A stretch of 64,000 bases of DNA. Source: a phage. The stretch lies in sequence record PV730302.1, one strand, 5' to 3'. Under the pieces are notes generated by a model, which did no database searches, had not been told where the DNA came from, and was given only the letters and a program-made list of their open reading frames with translations. The position numbers were made by a program, and so were the translations under genes. Numbering within the stretch: the first letter of the stretch is position 1; every line of letters starts with the position of its first letter. Positions 37,310 to 45,902 of this stretch are shown in pieces.

Positions 37310-37849
37310 TTAATATACCGCCTCAAACATCTTTTTAGATTTTAGATAATTGGCCTTTTCTAGAACTTCAGAAGCATATTTACTGCCTACTTTGACGTTC
37401 CAGCCCGCATTATAAGAAGCAATCGCTTTTCTCAGGTCACCTTTGTGAACATCAATCCAATAAGACAGTTCAATGTAGGCCCAAGAGGCACTGTTCTGTC
37501 GTTTTTGGACCATACGGATTATTTCTTTATCAGACATCTTCCAACCTACCTGTTGAACACGACTTCTTAACGTAGGCAAGTAATTTTGGAACATGCCATA
37601 AGCATGGTGCTTATCTTTATTTAAACCCTGATTAATTCCGGCGGATGATTCCTGCCATAGTAATCCGGCCATGATATATCCTAATCCTTTTTGATTAGGG
37701 TTTTCTTTGAACTTTCCCGACTTTTGGTATTGTTCACCGAAAGCATACGCATAATGTAAATTATCGAGTTGTTCATTACTGAAAGTAGGCTCTACGCTAT
37801 GGGCAGACATACTAACTGTCAATAGTAAAGTGGCTAATACTTTTTTCAT
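37310..37849 (-). CDS. secreted lytic-transglycosylase-like protein (SLT domain)
   Basis: Signal peptide; LLWQESSAG catalytic-Glu block and AYNAG motif. Confidence 0.5.
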   Translation of the reverse strand: MKKVLATLLLTVSMSAHSVEPTFSNEQLDNLHYAYAFGEQYQKSGKFKENPNQKGLGYIMAGLLWQESSAGINQGLNKDKHHAYGMFQNYLPTLRSRVQQVGWKMSDKEIIRMVQKRQNSASWAYIELSYWIDVHKGDLRKAIASYNAGWNVKVGSKYASEVLEKANYLKSKKMFEAVY

Positions 37850-37861
37850 GAGACCTCATTA

Positions 37862-38320
37862 TTAAAGATAGATTACTTTCGTGCTGGTTTTACCTTCTAA
37901 ACGTTTAGAGTTAACAAATGCCATACGACATTTAAGGGAATATCCTTTATCAGGATGCTTACGGTCTACTGTCATACCCAACCATAAGGTTTTATCGGTA
38001 ATTTCTAGACGCAATGGGCGATACACTTTACCAGGGACAATTTCGGATTCTACATCAGGCAGAGGTTCCTGGATTAAAAATTCATGGATTTCTTTAACAT
38101 GGTTATGGAGTTGCTTGAATAAAGCAAAAACGTATTTTTCGTCGATTTCACGTTGGATAGCACGGTCCAACAAGTGATTAGAGTACTTAATAAAGAAGGC
38201 TGGGACTCCGCTCTTGATGGCGGCTTTTTTGATGGACGTATTCAGTTCACGGAATTCGGTTTCGAACTGACGACGTAATTTATTGCGGCGGATGAATACT
38301 TCTGAATTAATTTCTGACAT
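37862..38320 (-). CDS. regB: endoribonuclease RegB
   Basis: 152 aa; EVFIRRNKLRR and HLLDRAIQREIDE blocks match recalled T4 RegB; leader carries GGAG SD. Confidence 0.8.
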   Translation of the reverse strand: MSEINSEVFIRRNKLRRQFETEFRELNTSIKKAAIKSGVPAFFIKYSNHLLDRAIQREIDEKYVFALFKQLHNHVKEIHEFLIQEPLPDVESEIVPGKVYRPLRLEITDKTLWLGMTVDRKHPDKGYSLKCRMAFVNSKRLEGKTSTKVIYL

Positions 38321-38377
38321 TTTGTAATCTCCTGTAGTTGATAGGTCTATAGTACCACGTCTACAGGAGATGTAAAC
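38321..38377 (-). promoter_or_regulatory. early promoter with SD-complementary spacer arm (regB)
   Basis: GTTTAC-ATCTCCTGTAGACGTGG-TACTAT-AGACCTATCAACTACAGGAGATT; TCTCCTGTAG pairs with CTACAGGAGA. Confidence 0.6.
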
Positions 38378-38381
38378 TGCT

Positions 38382-38591
38382 TTATTCTTGGAATGGGGTA
38401 AGTTTTCCAGCAGCTGAACAAATTTCTACCAGTACAGGGTAAAACTCTTTCACTTGTTCAAGGCGTTGGGCTGCATACTGTACTTCACCTTCTTCGAGAC
38501 AAGCCATTTGGTCGTCAAGCAAGTATTTGTGGTAGCCAGTACAGGCTTCACCGATGATACGCTGGAAATCTTGTAAACTTTCAATTTTCAT
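38382..38591 (-). CDS. hypothetical protein (69 aa)
   Basis: Start at ATG 38591 with GAGGAAAAA SD overlapping the upstream stop. Confidence 0.4.
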   Translation of the reverse strand: MKIESLQDFQRIIGEACTGYHKYLLDDQMACLEEGEVQYAAQRLEQVKEFYPVLVEICSAAGKLTPFQE

Positions 38592-38869
38592 CAGTATTTT
38601 TCCTCGGGTTGGAAAACGGAACGACACGCCCACATGCTTGCTTCTTTCAGACGGTCAATTGCATTACGAATCTGGGTGATGCGTTCATGAGCCTGGTCTA
38701 GTTCTTGTTCAGAAACCTCTTCGGTATCTAAGTTCATATAATGAGTAACATGTTCTTCTTCCAGAGCTTTAAACATTAACCCAAGACGAACTTCAGCATC
38801 TTTGATAGCGTTTACTTTACCGATTTTATCGTCGGTATGCGGCTTATAACCCTTGATATCTTCAATCAT
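38591..38869 (-). CDS. hypothetical protein (92 aa)
   Basis: ORF. Confidence 0.45.
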   Translation of the reverse strand: MIEDIKGYKPHTDDKIGKVNAIKDAEVRLGLMFKALEEEHVTHYMNLDTEEVSEQELDQAHERITQIRNAIDRLKEASMWACRSVFQPEEKY

Positions 38870-39084
38870 TTCACTTCCTCGCCAGTTGCGATATCATATT
38901 CTACCAAACGAAGGCCTTCAGTCCAACCTTGCACGGAGATATAGGTAGTCGGGTAAATCATTTCTTTACCATTCCACCGACCGCCATCCCAGACTTCCAG
39001 AAAGTCTTGTTCACCTGGTCCATTAAGCCATTCAACAAATCTTTTCAGAGCTTCTTCAGAACCTTCAATTGTCAATTTAGACAT
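38866..39084 (-). CDS. hypothetical protein (72 aa)
   Basis: ORF. Confidence 0.45.
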   Translation of the reverse strand: MSKLTIEGSEEALKRFVEWLNGPGEQDFLEVWDGGRWNGKEMIYPTTYISVQGWTEGLRLVEYDIATGEEVK

Positions 39085-39373
39085 ATTTTTTCCAATCAGA
39101 AATCATATGAATCTCTTGGTCATAAGTCAAGAGACTACGAGCAATAATACCCTTACAAGGCCCTGAGATGAACTCGAGAGTGAAGTAAGGAACCTGTTTC
39201 ATTAATCGGATACTAGGAGCATGACATCTAAAACGAGAGCCCTTAAAGGGCCCTGTCATGAATACATATTCCAATGGGTAGAAATAAGCATATTCGAAAT
39301 TTGCAGTAAGGTCCTCTCTTCGAACCTTACGTGAGAAATAACAGAACTCAAAAAGTTCTTCATCAGTCATCAT
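39077..39373 (-). CDS. hypothetical protein (98 aa)
   Basis: Start at ATG 39373 overlapping the upstream stop (ATGA); SD AGGAAT. Confidence 0.45.
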   Translation of the reverse strand: MMTDEELFEFCYFSRKVRREDLTANFEYAYFYPLEYVFMTGPFKGSRFRCHAPSIRLMKQVPYFTLEFISGPCKGIIARSLLTYDQEIHMISDWKKYV

Positions 39374-39897
39374 TGCATTCCTATCACAAAGAACAGAGGC
39401 AAAGGCTTGTCGCCTTGGCACATAAATTTATTAATCATTACCTGGTAAGCTTCATAGAACTTATCCATCGCTGGAAGGCGCATTGGCTCTTCGATAATAA
39501 TCAATAATCGAGTAACAGATAGTCCACGATACTTATGGAAATTGTCTTCATCAAGGAAACTGCGCACAGTATCATAGACAACAAAACCAGGACCTTCGAC
39601 TTGGAGATGTGGGTGTGCCTTAGAAACCTGTTTTATTACATTACAAATTTCTCGCGAGCGATGCGAAGAACTCGACATAACAATCACATCATTACCCTTG
39701 GAAACCCAATCAGCGGCGAACTGAGCAAGGGCACTTGTTTTACCTGTTTGGCGTCCGCCATCAAGTCGAAGAGTACCAAACTCTTGCATTCTTGAAGCAG
39801 GTTCATACCATGTGTATTGGTCTGAGTCTAAACGTTCAATGGCGCGTTCAGCGAAGGCGTGCATTAAGGTTAGATAAATGGGAGTTAAAAATTTCAT
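39370..39897 (-). CDS. small P-loop NTPase-like protein (175 aa)
   Basis: Walker A GGRQTGKTS and hydrophobic-acidic LLIIIEEP Walker-B-like strand. Confidence 0.5.
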   Translation of the reverse strand: MKFLTPIYLTLMHAFAERAIERLDSDQYTWYEPASRMQEFGTLRLDGGRQTGKTSALAQFAADWVSKGNDVIVMSSSSHRSREICNVIKQVSKAHPHLQVEGPGFVVYDTVRSFLDEDNFHKYRGLSVTRLLIIIEEPMRLPAMDKFYEAYQVMINKFMCQGDKPLPLFFVIGMQ

Positions 39898-40057
39898 AGT
39901 AGTCTCTTAGTGGTGGGGCCATTCCTTGGCACATAATTCGTCCATGTATCCGTATGTAAACCCTTTACCGCACTTGGGCTCGACCTTATTACAGGTAGGG
40001 AAAGGTCCATCACTCAGAGGACGCGACGTTCATGAGGAGAGGGCCGGCTTGCCTTTA

Positions 40058-40357
40058 TTAGAAAGAACCAGAACCTCTAATTGTGTTCTGGCGACCTTTA
40101 TTTTCTAATTCATAGTCGTCGATTTCGTAGGCTTGTGCTACACCAAAAGCCTTTTTAACTTTAGCTAAAGAGCCTTTAGACGTAACAATATTAAAAGTAT
40201 TACCTTTGGTAAAATCAACCAAATCCACTTGTACACCCTGTTTACCGAGGCTTGCTACAATAGCATCAACATATTCCTGGTCTAAATTGCCTTGAACTCC
40301 AATTTGAAATACTTTAGGAGCTTTGGCTTCTGTAATAAATTCTTGGTAAGTTTTCAT
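40058..40357 (-). CDS. internal-protein-like capsid cargo (CTS-tagged, 99 aa)
   Basis: N-terminus MKTYQEFITE matches the T4 internal-protein capsid targeting sequence; body unrelated to the other copies. Confidence 0.65.
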   Translation of the reverse strand: MKTYQEFITEAKAPKVFQIGVQGNLDQEYVDAIVASLGKQGVQVDLVDFTKGNTFNIVTSKGSLAKVKKAFGVAQAYEIDDYELENKGRQNTIRGSGSF

Positions 40358-40399
40358 ATTATTCCTTAAGTTGGTAGAAGTATTCTATCACGGATTTAA

Positions 40400-40816
40400 T
40401 TAAGCGTAAATCGCCTTACCATAATGTTTGTACCAGGTAGGGCGTTGTGCAATTTTTTCGTCCAAACGGGCTTGTGAAATGGCGATAGAAGCTTCGTGAG
40501 GAACATAATCATCACGGAATTCCTGAGGAATGTCACTAATGTCCTGGACAGTAGTATCCTTGATATTAAAACCACGTTTTAAACATTCGGCTATAAGCTC
40601 AATTTGTCGCTTACGTAAAAATTCAAGCTTATCGTAAAAGAATGTAACATGGCCTGTGCCAAGGATAAAAGTAGGACTGATTTTGAAATCACGGACACGT
40701 TTACCATTAGCAACATGCTTACGAACTGCACCGAAAACACGTGGTAATTCACGATATTCAGCCATTAAGTGTTGGTCAGCCAATTCAGATACTAAGGTAA
40801 GGTTGATACGAGTCAT
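40400..40816 (-). CDS. denV: endonuclease V (pyrimidine-dimer DNA glycosylase) DenV
   Basis: 138 aa; only a handful of differences from recalled T4 endonuclease V. Confidence 0.95.
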   Translation of the reverse strand: MTRINLTLVSELADQHLMAEYRELPRVFGAVRKHVANGKRVRDFKISPTFILGTGHVTFFYDKLEFLRKRQIELIAECLKRGFNIKDTTVQDISDIPQEFRDDYVPHEASIAISQARLDEKIAQRPTWYKHYGKAIYA

Positions 40817-40872
40817 TTTTAATCTCCTGTAGTTGATAGGTCTATAGTATCATGACTACAGGAGATGTAAAC
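40817..40872 (-). promoter_or_regulatory. early promoter with SD-complementary spacer arm (denV)
   Basis: GTTTAC-ATCTCCTGTAGTCATGA-TACTAT-AGACCTATCAACTACAGGAGATTAAAAATG; 11-nt perfect inverted repeat TCTCCTGTAGT / ACTACAGGAGA. Confidence 0.6.
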
Positions 40873-40896
40873 AACTTTTATCAAGTATCGGCTTTA

Positions 40897-41493
40897 TTAA
40901 TTACCACGGGCTGCATTAGCAACGGCGTAAGCGTACTGAATATTAGCGTCTTTAAACGTACCTTTAGAGGTATCTATTTCTGCCTTAAAGCCGCCTTTAG
41001 CCATAACATCGGCAAATTCTTTACGGAAAGTCATTGCATCAAGACCTTTCCATGTTGATTTGTGCTTGGCAAATTCAAGACCAGCGAAGTTGACAGCCTT
41101 AGCCAATTTATTATCAATAGTCCATTTACCTGCTTTAGGTACAAACACCGGGCCTTTCTGTTTAGAGAACAGTTTTAAATTCCAGCGACGAAGGTCACCG
41201 TCAGCTTTAACAAAAGCTGCGTCCAAGTTACTAGCAACAACATCTTGGATATGGGCAAATTTAAGTCCATCAGCTTCAATATTTAGGTCGTTACGCCAGC
41301 GAAGTCCTTCCCAGGCGAAAGCTTTAAAGTCGGAAGCTTTTGTAGCCAAGTACCGTTCAATAGGAGCTGTTTTAGCGTCAAAACCGTTTCCTGGGTTGTC
41401 AACGCCGTTTCCTTTGTAAGTCCACTCATCTTTATTAATGCCTTGGACCTTTCCTACAGAAGCTTCGGCGATAAATTCTTTATACGTTTTCAT
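40897..41493 (-). CDS. internal-protein-like capsid cargo (CTS-tagged, 198 aa)
   Basis: N-terminus MKTYKEFIAE; Lys/Ala-rich body. Confidence 0.65.
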   Translation of the reverse strand: MKTYKEFIAEASVGKVQGINKDEWTYKGNGVDNPGNGFDAKTAPIERYLATKASDFKAFAWEGLRWRNDLNIEADGLKFAHIQDVVASNLDAAFVKADGDLRRWNLKLFSKQKGPVFVPKAGKWTIDNKLAKAVNFAGLEFAKHKSTWKGLDAMTFRKEFADVMAKGGFKAEIDTSKGTFKDANIQYAYAVANAARGN

Positions 41494-41575
41494 ACGGGTT
41501 CCTTAAAGGTAAATATTTTAATTGGTCTGTTCAAGTAACTGTAGATATACTATCACAATTCTAGGAGATGTAAAC
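41494..41575 (-). promoter_or_regulatory. early promoter (GTTTAC-17-TAGTAT)
   Basis: Minus-strand GTTTACATCTCCTAGAATTGTGATAGTAT. Confidence 0.5.
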
Positions 41576-41974
41576 TTATTTGTAGGTCTTCATCCAATTC
41601 TTGAACAAAGCCGCGACGTCTTTCTCTTTAACGTTCAGTTTAATGTCCAACATTTTACCACCGGCAGCACGTGTCTGACGAATCTTAGCAGTACCGGTTT
41701 CGCCATTCCACTCAACATAATACTGCCCAGTGTTCATTGCAATACCATCGCCGTAGTCTTCATTTTTAGAAGTTGTGAAGGCCAGCTTCATAGTCTTAGA
41801 TACACGAGCCTGCATGCCAGTCTGAAGGGCATTACGAACGCGAATAACTTGAGGAGTGGCCTGGGTCAGGTTCTCATTCAGTTCTTCAGTGAACTCTTCA
41901 GATTCAAACATCGCCAAAAGTTCTTTAGATGCAGGAATTACATTCTCTGCGATAAATTCATTATAAGTTTTCAT
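41576..41974 (-). CDS. internal-protein-like capsid cargo (CTS-tagged, 132 aa)
   Basis: N-terminus [10 protein letters not shown]. Confidence 0.65.
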   Translation of the reverse strand: MKTYNEFIAENVIPASKELLAMFESEEFTEELNENLTQATPQVIRVRNALQTGMQARVSKTMKLAFTTSKNEDYGDGIAMNTGQYYVEWNGETGTAKIRQTRAAGGKMLDIKLNVKEKDVAALFKNWMKTYK

Positions 41975-42455
41975 ATGCTTTCCAAGTACCTGTTTTAAAT
42001 GTTGAAATCACGCGCTTAGCACGATTAGGAGTTTGTTTATACCAACGGGATTGAGCCAGGTTAACTGCCGCATCGTTCCAACGTTTCTGTTGGAGCATAC
42101 GTAAAGAGTTAGTGAACCCTGCTACGCCTGCTTCACCCATTTGGAAGACCATGTTAATTAAAGCACAACGACGAACTTCGTCCAGTACATCATAAACAGG
42201 TTTCAATTTAGGATTACGCAGAATAGCTCTACGAGCATTTTCAACCGATCGGTTAAAGAGTTGTTCAGCTTCAGCCATAGTAATACGACCATTACAAACT
42301 CGACCCATAAGCTTATCAAGTTCAGCACGAGCAACATCTTTAGAAGGGTTCTTAGTAATCAATTGGCCAATACCAATAGTCCAATAACCTTCAGTGTCTT
42401 TATAAAGATTTAAATCAAGACCTTCGTCTTGACGTAACATATCAAAAATATCCAT
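41961..42455 (-). CDS. e: lysozyme (endolysin) gene e
   Basis: 164 aa, about 80 percent identical to recalled T4 lysozyme; catalytic E11 and D20 conserved. Confidence 0.95.
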   Translation of the reverse strand: MDIFDMLRQDEGLDLNLYKDTEGYWTIGIGQLITKNPSKDVARAELDKLMGRVCNGRITMAEAEQLFNRSVENARRAILRNPKLKPVYDVLDEVRRCALINMVFQMGEAGVAGFTNSLRMLQQKRWNDAAVNLAQSRWYKQTPNRAKRVISTFKTGTWKAYENL

Positions 42456-42480
42456 AATACCTCCTGAGTATAGGAGGTAT
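42456..42480 (-). promoter_or_regulatory. gene e translational-control hairpin sequestering the SD
   Basis: Minus-strand ATACCTCCT-ATACTC-AGGAGGTAT, perfect 9-bp stem, with AGGAGG 4 nt upstream of the ATG. Confidence 0.55.
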
Positions 42481-42485
42481 TTATA

Positions 42486-42935
42486 TCAAAAGAGCGAATC
42501 TAAAACCTTAAACATCGACGGGCCCATGACATATTCCCATTGCGGACGTTTAATCAAAGCGAACGCATCGAATTCAGGAATAGTACGACCATCAGGGAAC
42601 GTATGGTAAGCCGTACATTTGCAATCCTTGAACTGCTCGTGTTCCACAGGCACTGTATATAAGAACAGATGTAGATTCTTATTGCTTGAATATTTGAACT
42701 CACCCAGGTCTTTCAGGAATGCAGGATCGTATGCTGTGAATCCAATCTCTTCTTCGGTTTCGCGCATTGCCGCTTGAATAGGCTCTTCGCCTGGTTCGAC
42801 ATGGCCTTTAGGAATGTCCCATTTATGACGCATGTTCTCTGGATTACGAGAGCCTGTTACACGACCCATGACCAGTTCTTTATCAACGGTCATGAACAAA
42901 ATACCTGCCGATAATTCCTTAGCTTTCTTACCCAT
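42486..42935 (-). CDS. nudE: Nudix hydrolase NudE-like
   Basis: Nudix box GHVEPGEEPIQAAMRETEEEIG; start at ATG 42935; track N-terminal extension rejected. Confidence 0.8.
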   Translation of the reverse strand: MGKKAKELSAGILFMTVDKELVMGRVTGSRNPENMRHKWDIPKGHVEPGEEPIQAAMRETEEEIGFTAYDPAFLKDLGEFKYSSNKNLHLFLYTVPVEHEQFKDCKCTAYHTFPDGRTIPEFDAFALIKRPQWEYVMGPSMFKVLDSLF

Positions 42936-43164
42936 CGTCTCGTTCCCATGATTGTTTAAAAATATCTTGCATAATAATTTGAAGTCTATTTTCTGATGAT
43001 GGACTTTCACTATCAGACACTTGAAGCATATAGTCACCAATAGGACAGAACATATCCATATCGCTTTCTAAGTCTTCTTTAATTTTCTCTTCTGATGTTC
43101 CGGTATCATAGGAATACAGATAAGAATCACATGACTCAGATTTAATATAAATTGCAATACTCAT
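42928..43164 (-). CDS. hypothetical acidic protein (78 aa)
   Basis: ORF; ATG overlaps the upstream stop. Confidence 0.45.
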   Translation of the reverse strand: MSIAIYIKSESCDSYLYSYDTGTSEEKIKEDLESDMDMFCPIGDYMLQVSDSESPSSENRLQIIMQDIFKQSWERDDG

Positions 43165-43748
43165 TTACGGCATTCCTTAATAAAAGAGTTTAATGTATTT
43201 TTCTTAGTGATATCGTCATATACCTTTTTAACTTTAGAAATACGAAAAGGTACTTCGATAACAGAGGTCCATAAAAATGATGCGATAAGACCCAAGATAG
43301 CAGCAGACATCGCTGAAGCGAATACACAAATAGGCAGGTCATTATCTGTTGTCAGGAAAAACCATAGGAGTGGGAAAAATAATATACCCATCCAAACATA
43401 GAATCTAGAACTCACCAATTTGTCGTATTCATCACTCCATGCACGGAAGCCGTATTTTTTGCTATAACAAATCAATGGGTCTGGAGTCTGTTCTTTATGT
43501 GGTTCCGCTTGCCAGCCGTTTACGATATAGCCCATTTTATATTCCTCAATTAAAAGCTGTTTCATTTCGGCAGTACAACCTGACCAATCTATTGTACTGG
43601 CTGAAATTCCTTCATCACCGTCATCGATATTTCGCCAGGACTTTTTAATAATCATAGTCTCACCACTTGGGATAATAATTCCAGCATTTTCCGACCGACG
43701 GATGAAGTTTGTATCAATACCCATACAACCAGGTTCATAAAGGGCCAT
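43161..43748 (-). CDS. membrane protein (195 aa)
   Basis: Soluble N-terminal domain plus C-terminal TM helices; C-terminus FIKECRK. Confidence 0.5.
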   Translation of the reverse strand: MALYEPGCMGIDTNFIRRSENAGIIIPSGETMIIKKSWRNIDDGDEGISASTIDWSGCTAEMKQLLIEEYKMGYIVNGWQAEPHKEQTPDPLICYSKKYGFRAWSDEYDKLVSSRFYVWMGILFFPLLWFFLTTDNDLPICVFASAMSAAILGLIASFLWTSVIEVPFRISKVKKVYDDITKKNTLNSFIKECRK

Positions 43749-44437
43749 TACCAGCCCTCCATAGGGAATTCCAGATATACTTGAGCATTAACGCGGATTT
43801 CATTTGTAATCTTTTTAACACGGTCTGTATTACGAGACACACGACCAAACCAGCGCCACCCATTACTTACTGCACGAGAACCTGTATGCCATGTCTGCCA
43901 ATCAAACTGGAGCAACGTGCGGTCAGGAGCATCCCACTTGGTTAATTCATTGGACTCAATTTTTTCCAGAACTTCTTTATGCCACTGGCGATAGATAAGT
44001 TCGCCTTCAGGAATCTGACTGAACTGTGCAGTTCCGGTTGCAAAATGAGTAGGACACACATCAGCATTAACAAGACCAAGAATATGTTCAGAATGGTATC
44101 GAGGATTATCATAATCAGGTTGCCCTGCGGTAATAAAGTGTTGACCCACCGGAATATCCGGGCGTGGTACATCATCATGGTGGAAGCCTGGAATTGCAGG
44201 GTACCAGCCAGGCATTAACATGTGTACACGGGAATCAAATACAATATCAGGGCCACATTGCCAATCTTCAGGCAGGTTTTCAATAAAGCTACGAGTAATA
44301 GGACCACCGTGTTTATGAGCAAAATAAGCATCGCAATTAAAGAACATAGGCTCATTTTTAATCATATCATTACTGATATCTTGAGCAAAACCACCGACTG
44401 CACGAGCTTGAGAATTAAAAGTTTTCGGGCCGTTCAT
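43748..44437 (-). CDS. hypothetical His-rich protein (229 aa), possible metal-dependent enzyme
   Basis: HMLMPGWYPAIPGFHHDD and PTHFATG histidine clusters; no firm fold assignment. Confidence 0.5.
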   Translation of the reverse strand: MNGPKTFNSQARAVGGFAQDISNDMIKNEPMFFNCDAYFAHKHGGPITRSFIENLPEDWQCGPDIVFDSRVHMLMPGWYPAIPGFHHDDVPRPDIPVGQHFITAGQPDYDNPRYHSEHILGLVNADVCPTHFATGTAQFSQIPEGELIYRQWHKEVLEKIESNELTKWDAPDRTLLQFDWQTWHTGSRAVSNGWRWFGRVSRNTDRVKKITNEIRVNAQVYLEFPMEGW

Positions 44438-44451
44438 AATATTTTCCTCAC

Positions 44452-44664
44452 TTACTTTTTGTTGAAAAAGTACATTTTACCTTTAGGGGATAAGGATACA
44501 CGAAGTGCGTTACCAATACCAACTGAACATTTAACCAGGTCAGCAGATTTCAATTCACCAAATGCTTGACGAAGGTCACCGTCACGAGTGTTAACCATCA
44601 GGCATTTAGCACCAGCTGCACGAACTTCGTTTAACATGTTGATTGCTTGGTTAGAAAGTTTCAT
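44452..44664 (-). CDS. hypothetical protein (70 aa)
   Basis: Start at ATG 44664 with GGAG SD. Confidence 0.45.
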   Translation of the reverse strand: MKLSNQAINMLNEVRAAGAKCLMVNTRDGDLRQAFGELKSADLVKCSVGIGNALRVSLSPKGKMYFFNKK

Positions 44665-44729
44665 TTTATTCTCCATTTCACTCTGTTGTTTTGATAGGTC
44701 TATAGTATCACACCTATAGACCTTGTACA
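44665..44729 (-). promoter_or_regulatory. early-promoter-like element (GTGTAC -35 variant, TACTAT -10)
   Basis: Minus-strand GTGTACAAGGTCTATAGGTGTGATACTATAGACCTATCAA; inverted repeat AGGTCTATAG / CTATAGACCT spans the -10. Confidence 0.45.
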
Positions 44730-44742
44730 CTGTTTTGTGTAA

Positions 44743-45702
44743 TTATTTTTCGAAAGGACGAATTAAATGTTGGTTATCTTGGAAACGCTTGATGTAGTCG
44801 TTTTCACCTAAAGTCTTGTACATATTAACCACCGCTTGGTAGTTTTCCCAGGCGTACTCGCGGAACCAACCTGAAGTGATTGAGGTGCACACTTTCTCAA
44901 GAGCCATATAGAAACTTAATGATGGCGAAATATTAAAGTCATTAGGAACCTGTGAACGTTCTAGTGCCAGGACACAAGTTTCTTCATACACACCGGCCAA
45001 TTTAATAGCTTCAGGCAAAGCTTCAAACTTCTCACGAGAGGTCATGACTTCAGAACCATCCTTCATATAAAAGGTATATGCAGGGCGGCCTGCCAATGCT
45101 ACTGCTTCGTGGATGGAGTCATGGTCCAGCGTATAAATGGTATCATTAAAGAATGATGATTTGTTAACGTCTAATTTAGGGTGAGAATAGCTCAACGTTT
45201 CTTTTTGACGTTGCAGCATAATTTCCTGGAGTTCTTCGTTCAGGGTCACGCCTTTATTACGAAGGTATTTGATGTGGGACATAGTTTTCAAGAAGAACGG
45301 ATTATTCTTAAGGAAACGATGAGAGGTTTTGATAGCCAGACAGATATCAGGGGTTGCCCAATAGAAACCAGTAAGACGGTCCTTTTTAATATGATTTTCA
45401 GCATATTTCAGGAGACGATAGCTTGAAGTGAAATCTTCGTCTTGAAGCTCACCGGTAATTTCTCGTACGTTAGTCAGAGCACGAACGATATAAGCTTCAA
45501 AATAGGTTTCTTTACCATTATGCATACATTTGAAAGCCTGGACATCAGGATTGTCAACGTGTACATGGGCACCAAACATCCGAGCTTTAAAGTGATTCCA
45601 TGAGCCTTGGTCGGCAATGAAATCCCAATCAGAATTTTCGATATGCTTACTTTCAATCAGACCAGCGTGGTGCAGTGCACGAGAACCAATAACTAACATC
45701 AT
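44743..45702 (-). CDS. hypothetical protein (319 aa), possible nucleotidyltransferase-fold
   Basis: N-terminal IGSRALHHAGLIESKHIENSDWDF resembles a GS...DxD motif with a long spacer; weak. Confidence 0.5.
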   Translation of the reverse strand: MMLVIGSRALHHAGLIESKHIENSDWDFIADQGSWNHFKARMFGAHVHVDNPDVQAFKCMHNGKETYFEAYIVRALTNVREITGELQDEDFTSSYRLLKYAENHIKKDRLTGFYWATPDICLAIKTSHRFLKNNPFFLKTMSHIKYLRNKGVTLNEELQEIMLQRQKETLSYSHPKLDVNKSSFFNDTIYTLDHDSIHEAVALAGRPAYTFYMKDGSEVMTSREKFEALPEAIKLAGVYEETCVLALERSQVPNDFNISPSLSFYMALEKVCTSITSGWFREYAWENYQAVVNMYKTLGENDYIKRFQDNQHLIRPFEK

Positions 45703-45715
45703 AATATTTTCCTCA

Positions 45716-45883
45716 TTAGTAGAGACGAGTTACTTCATATTTACCTAGTTCAGATTTTTTTGCTTCAATACGCGTGGCGGCGAGATTAGCGGCCTCTAGT
45801 GAAGAAAATTGAACCACTTGTGAAGTATTCTGCCTTACGCCACCTTGTGGGTGAGTAACAAAAACAATAAGAACATTATACAT
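45716..45883 (-). CDS. small hypothetical protein (55 aa)
   Basis: Start at ATG 45883 with GAGGAAAA SD. Confidence 0.4.
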   Translation of the reverse strand: MYNVLIVFVTHPQGGVRQNTSQVVQFSSLEAANLAATRIEAKKSELGKYEVTRLY

Positions 45884-45902
45884 AATATTTTCCTCAGATA
45901 AC

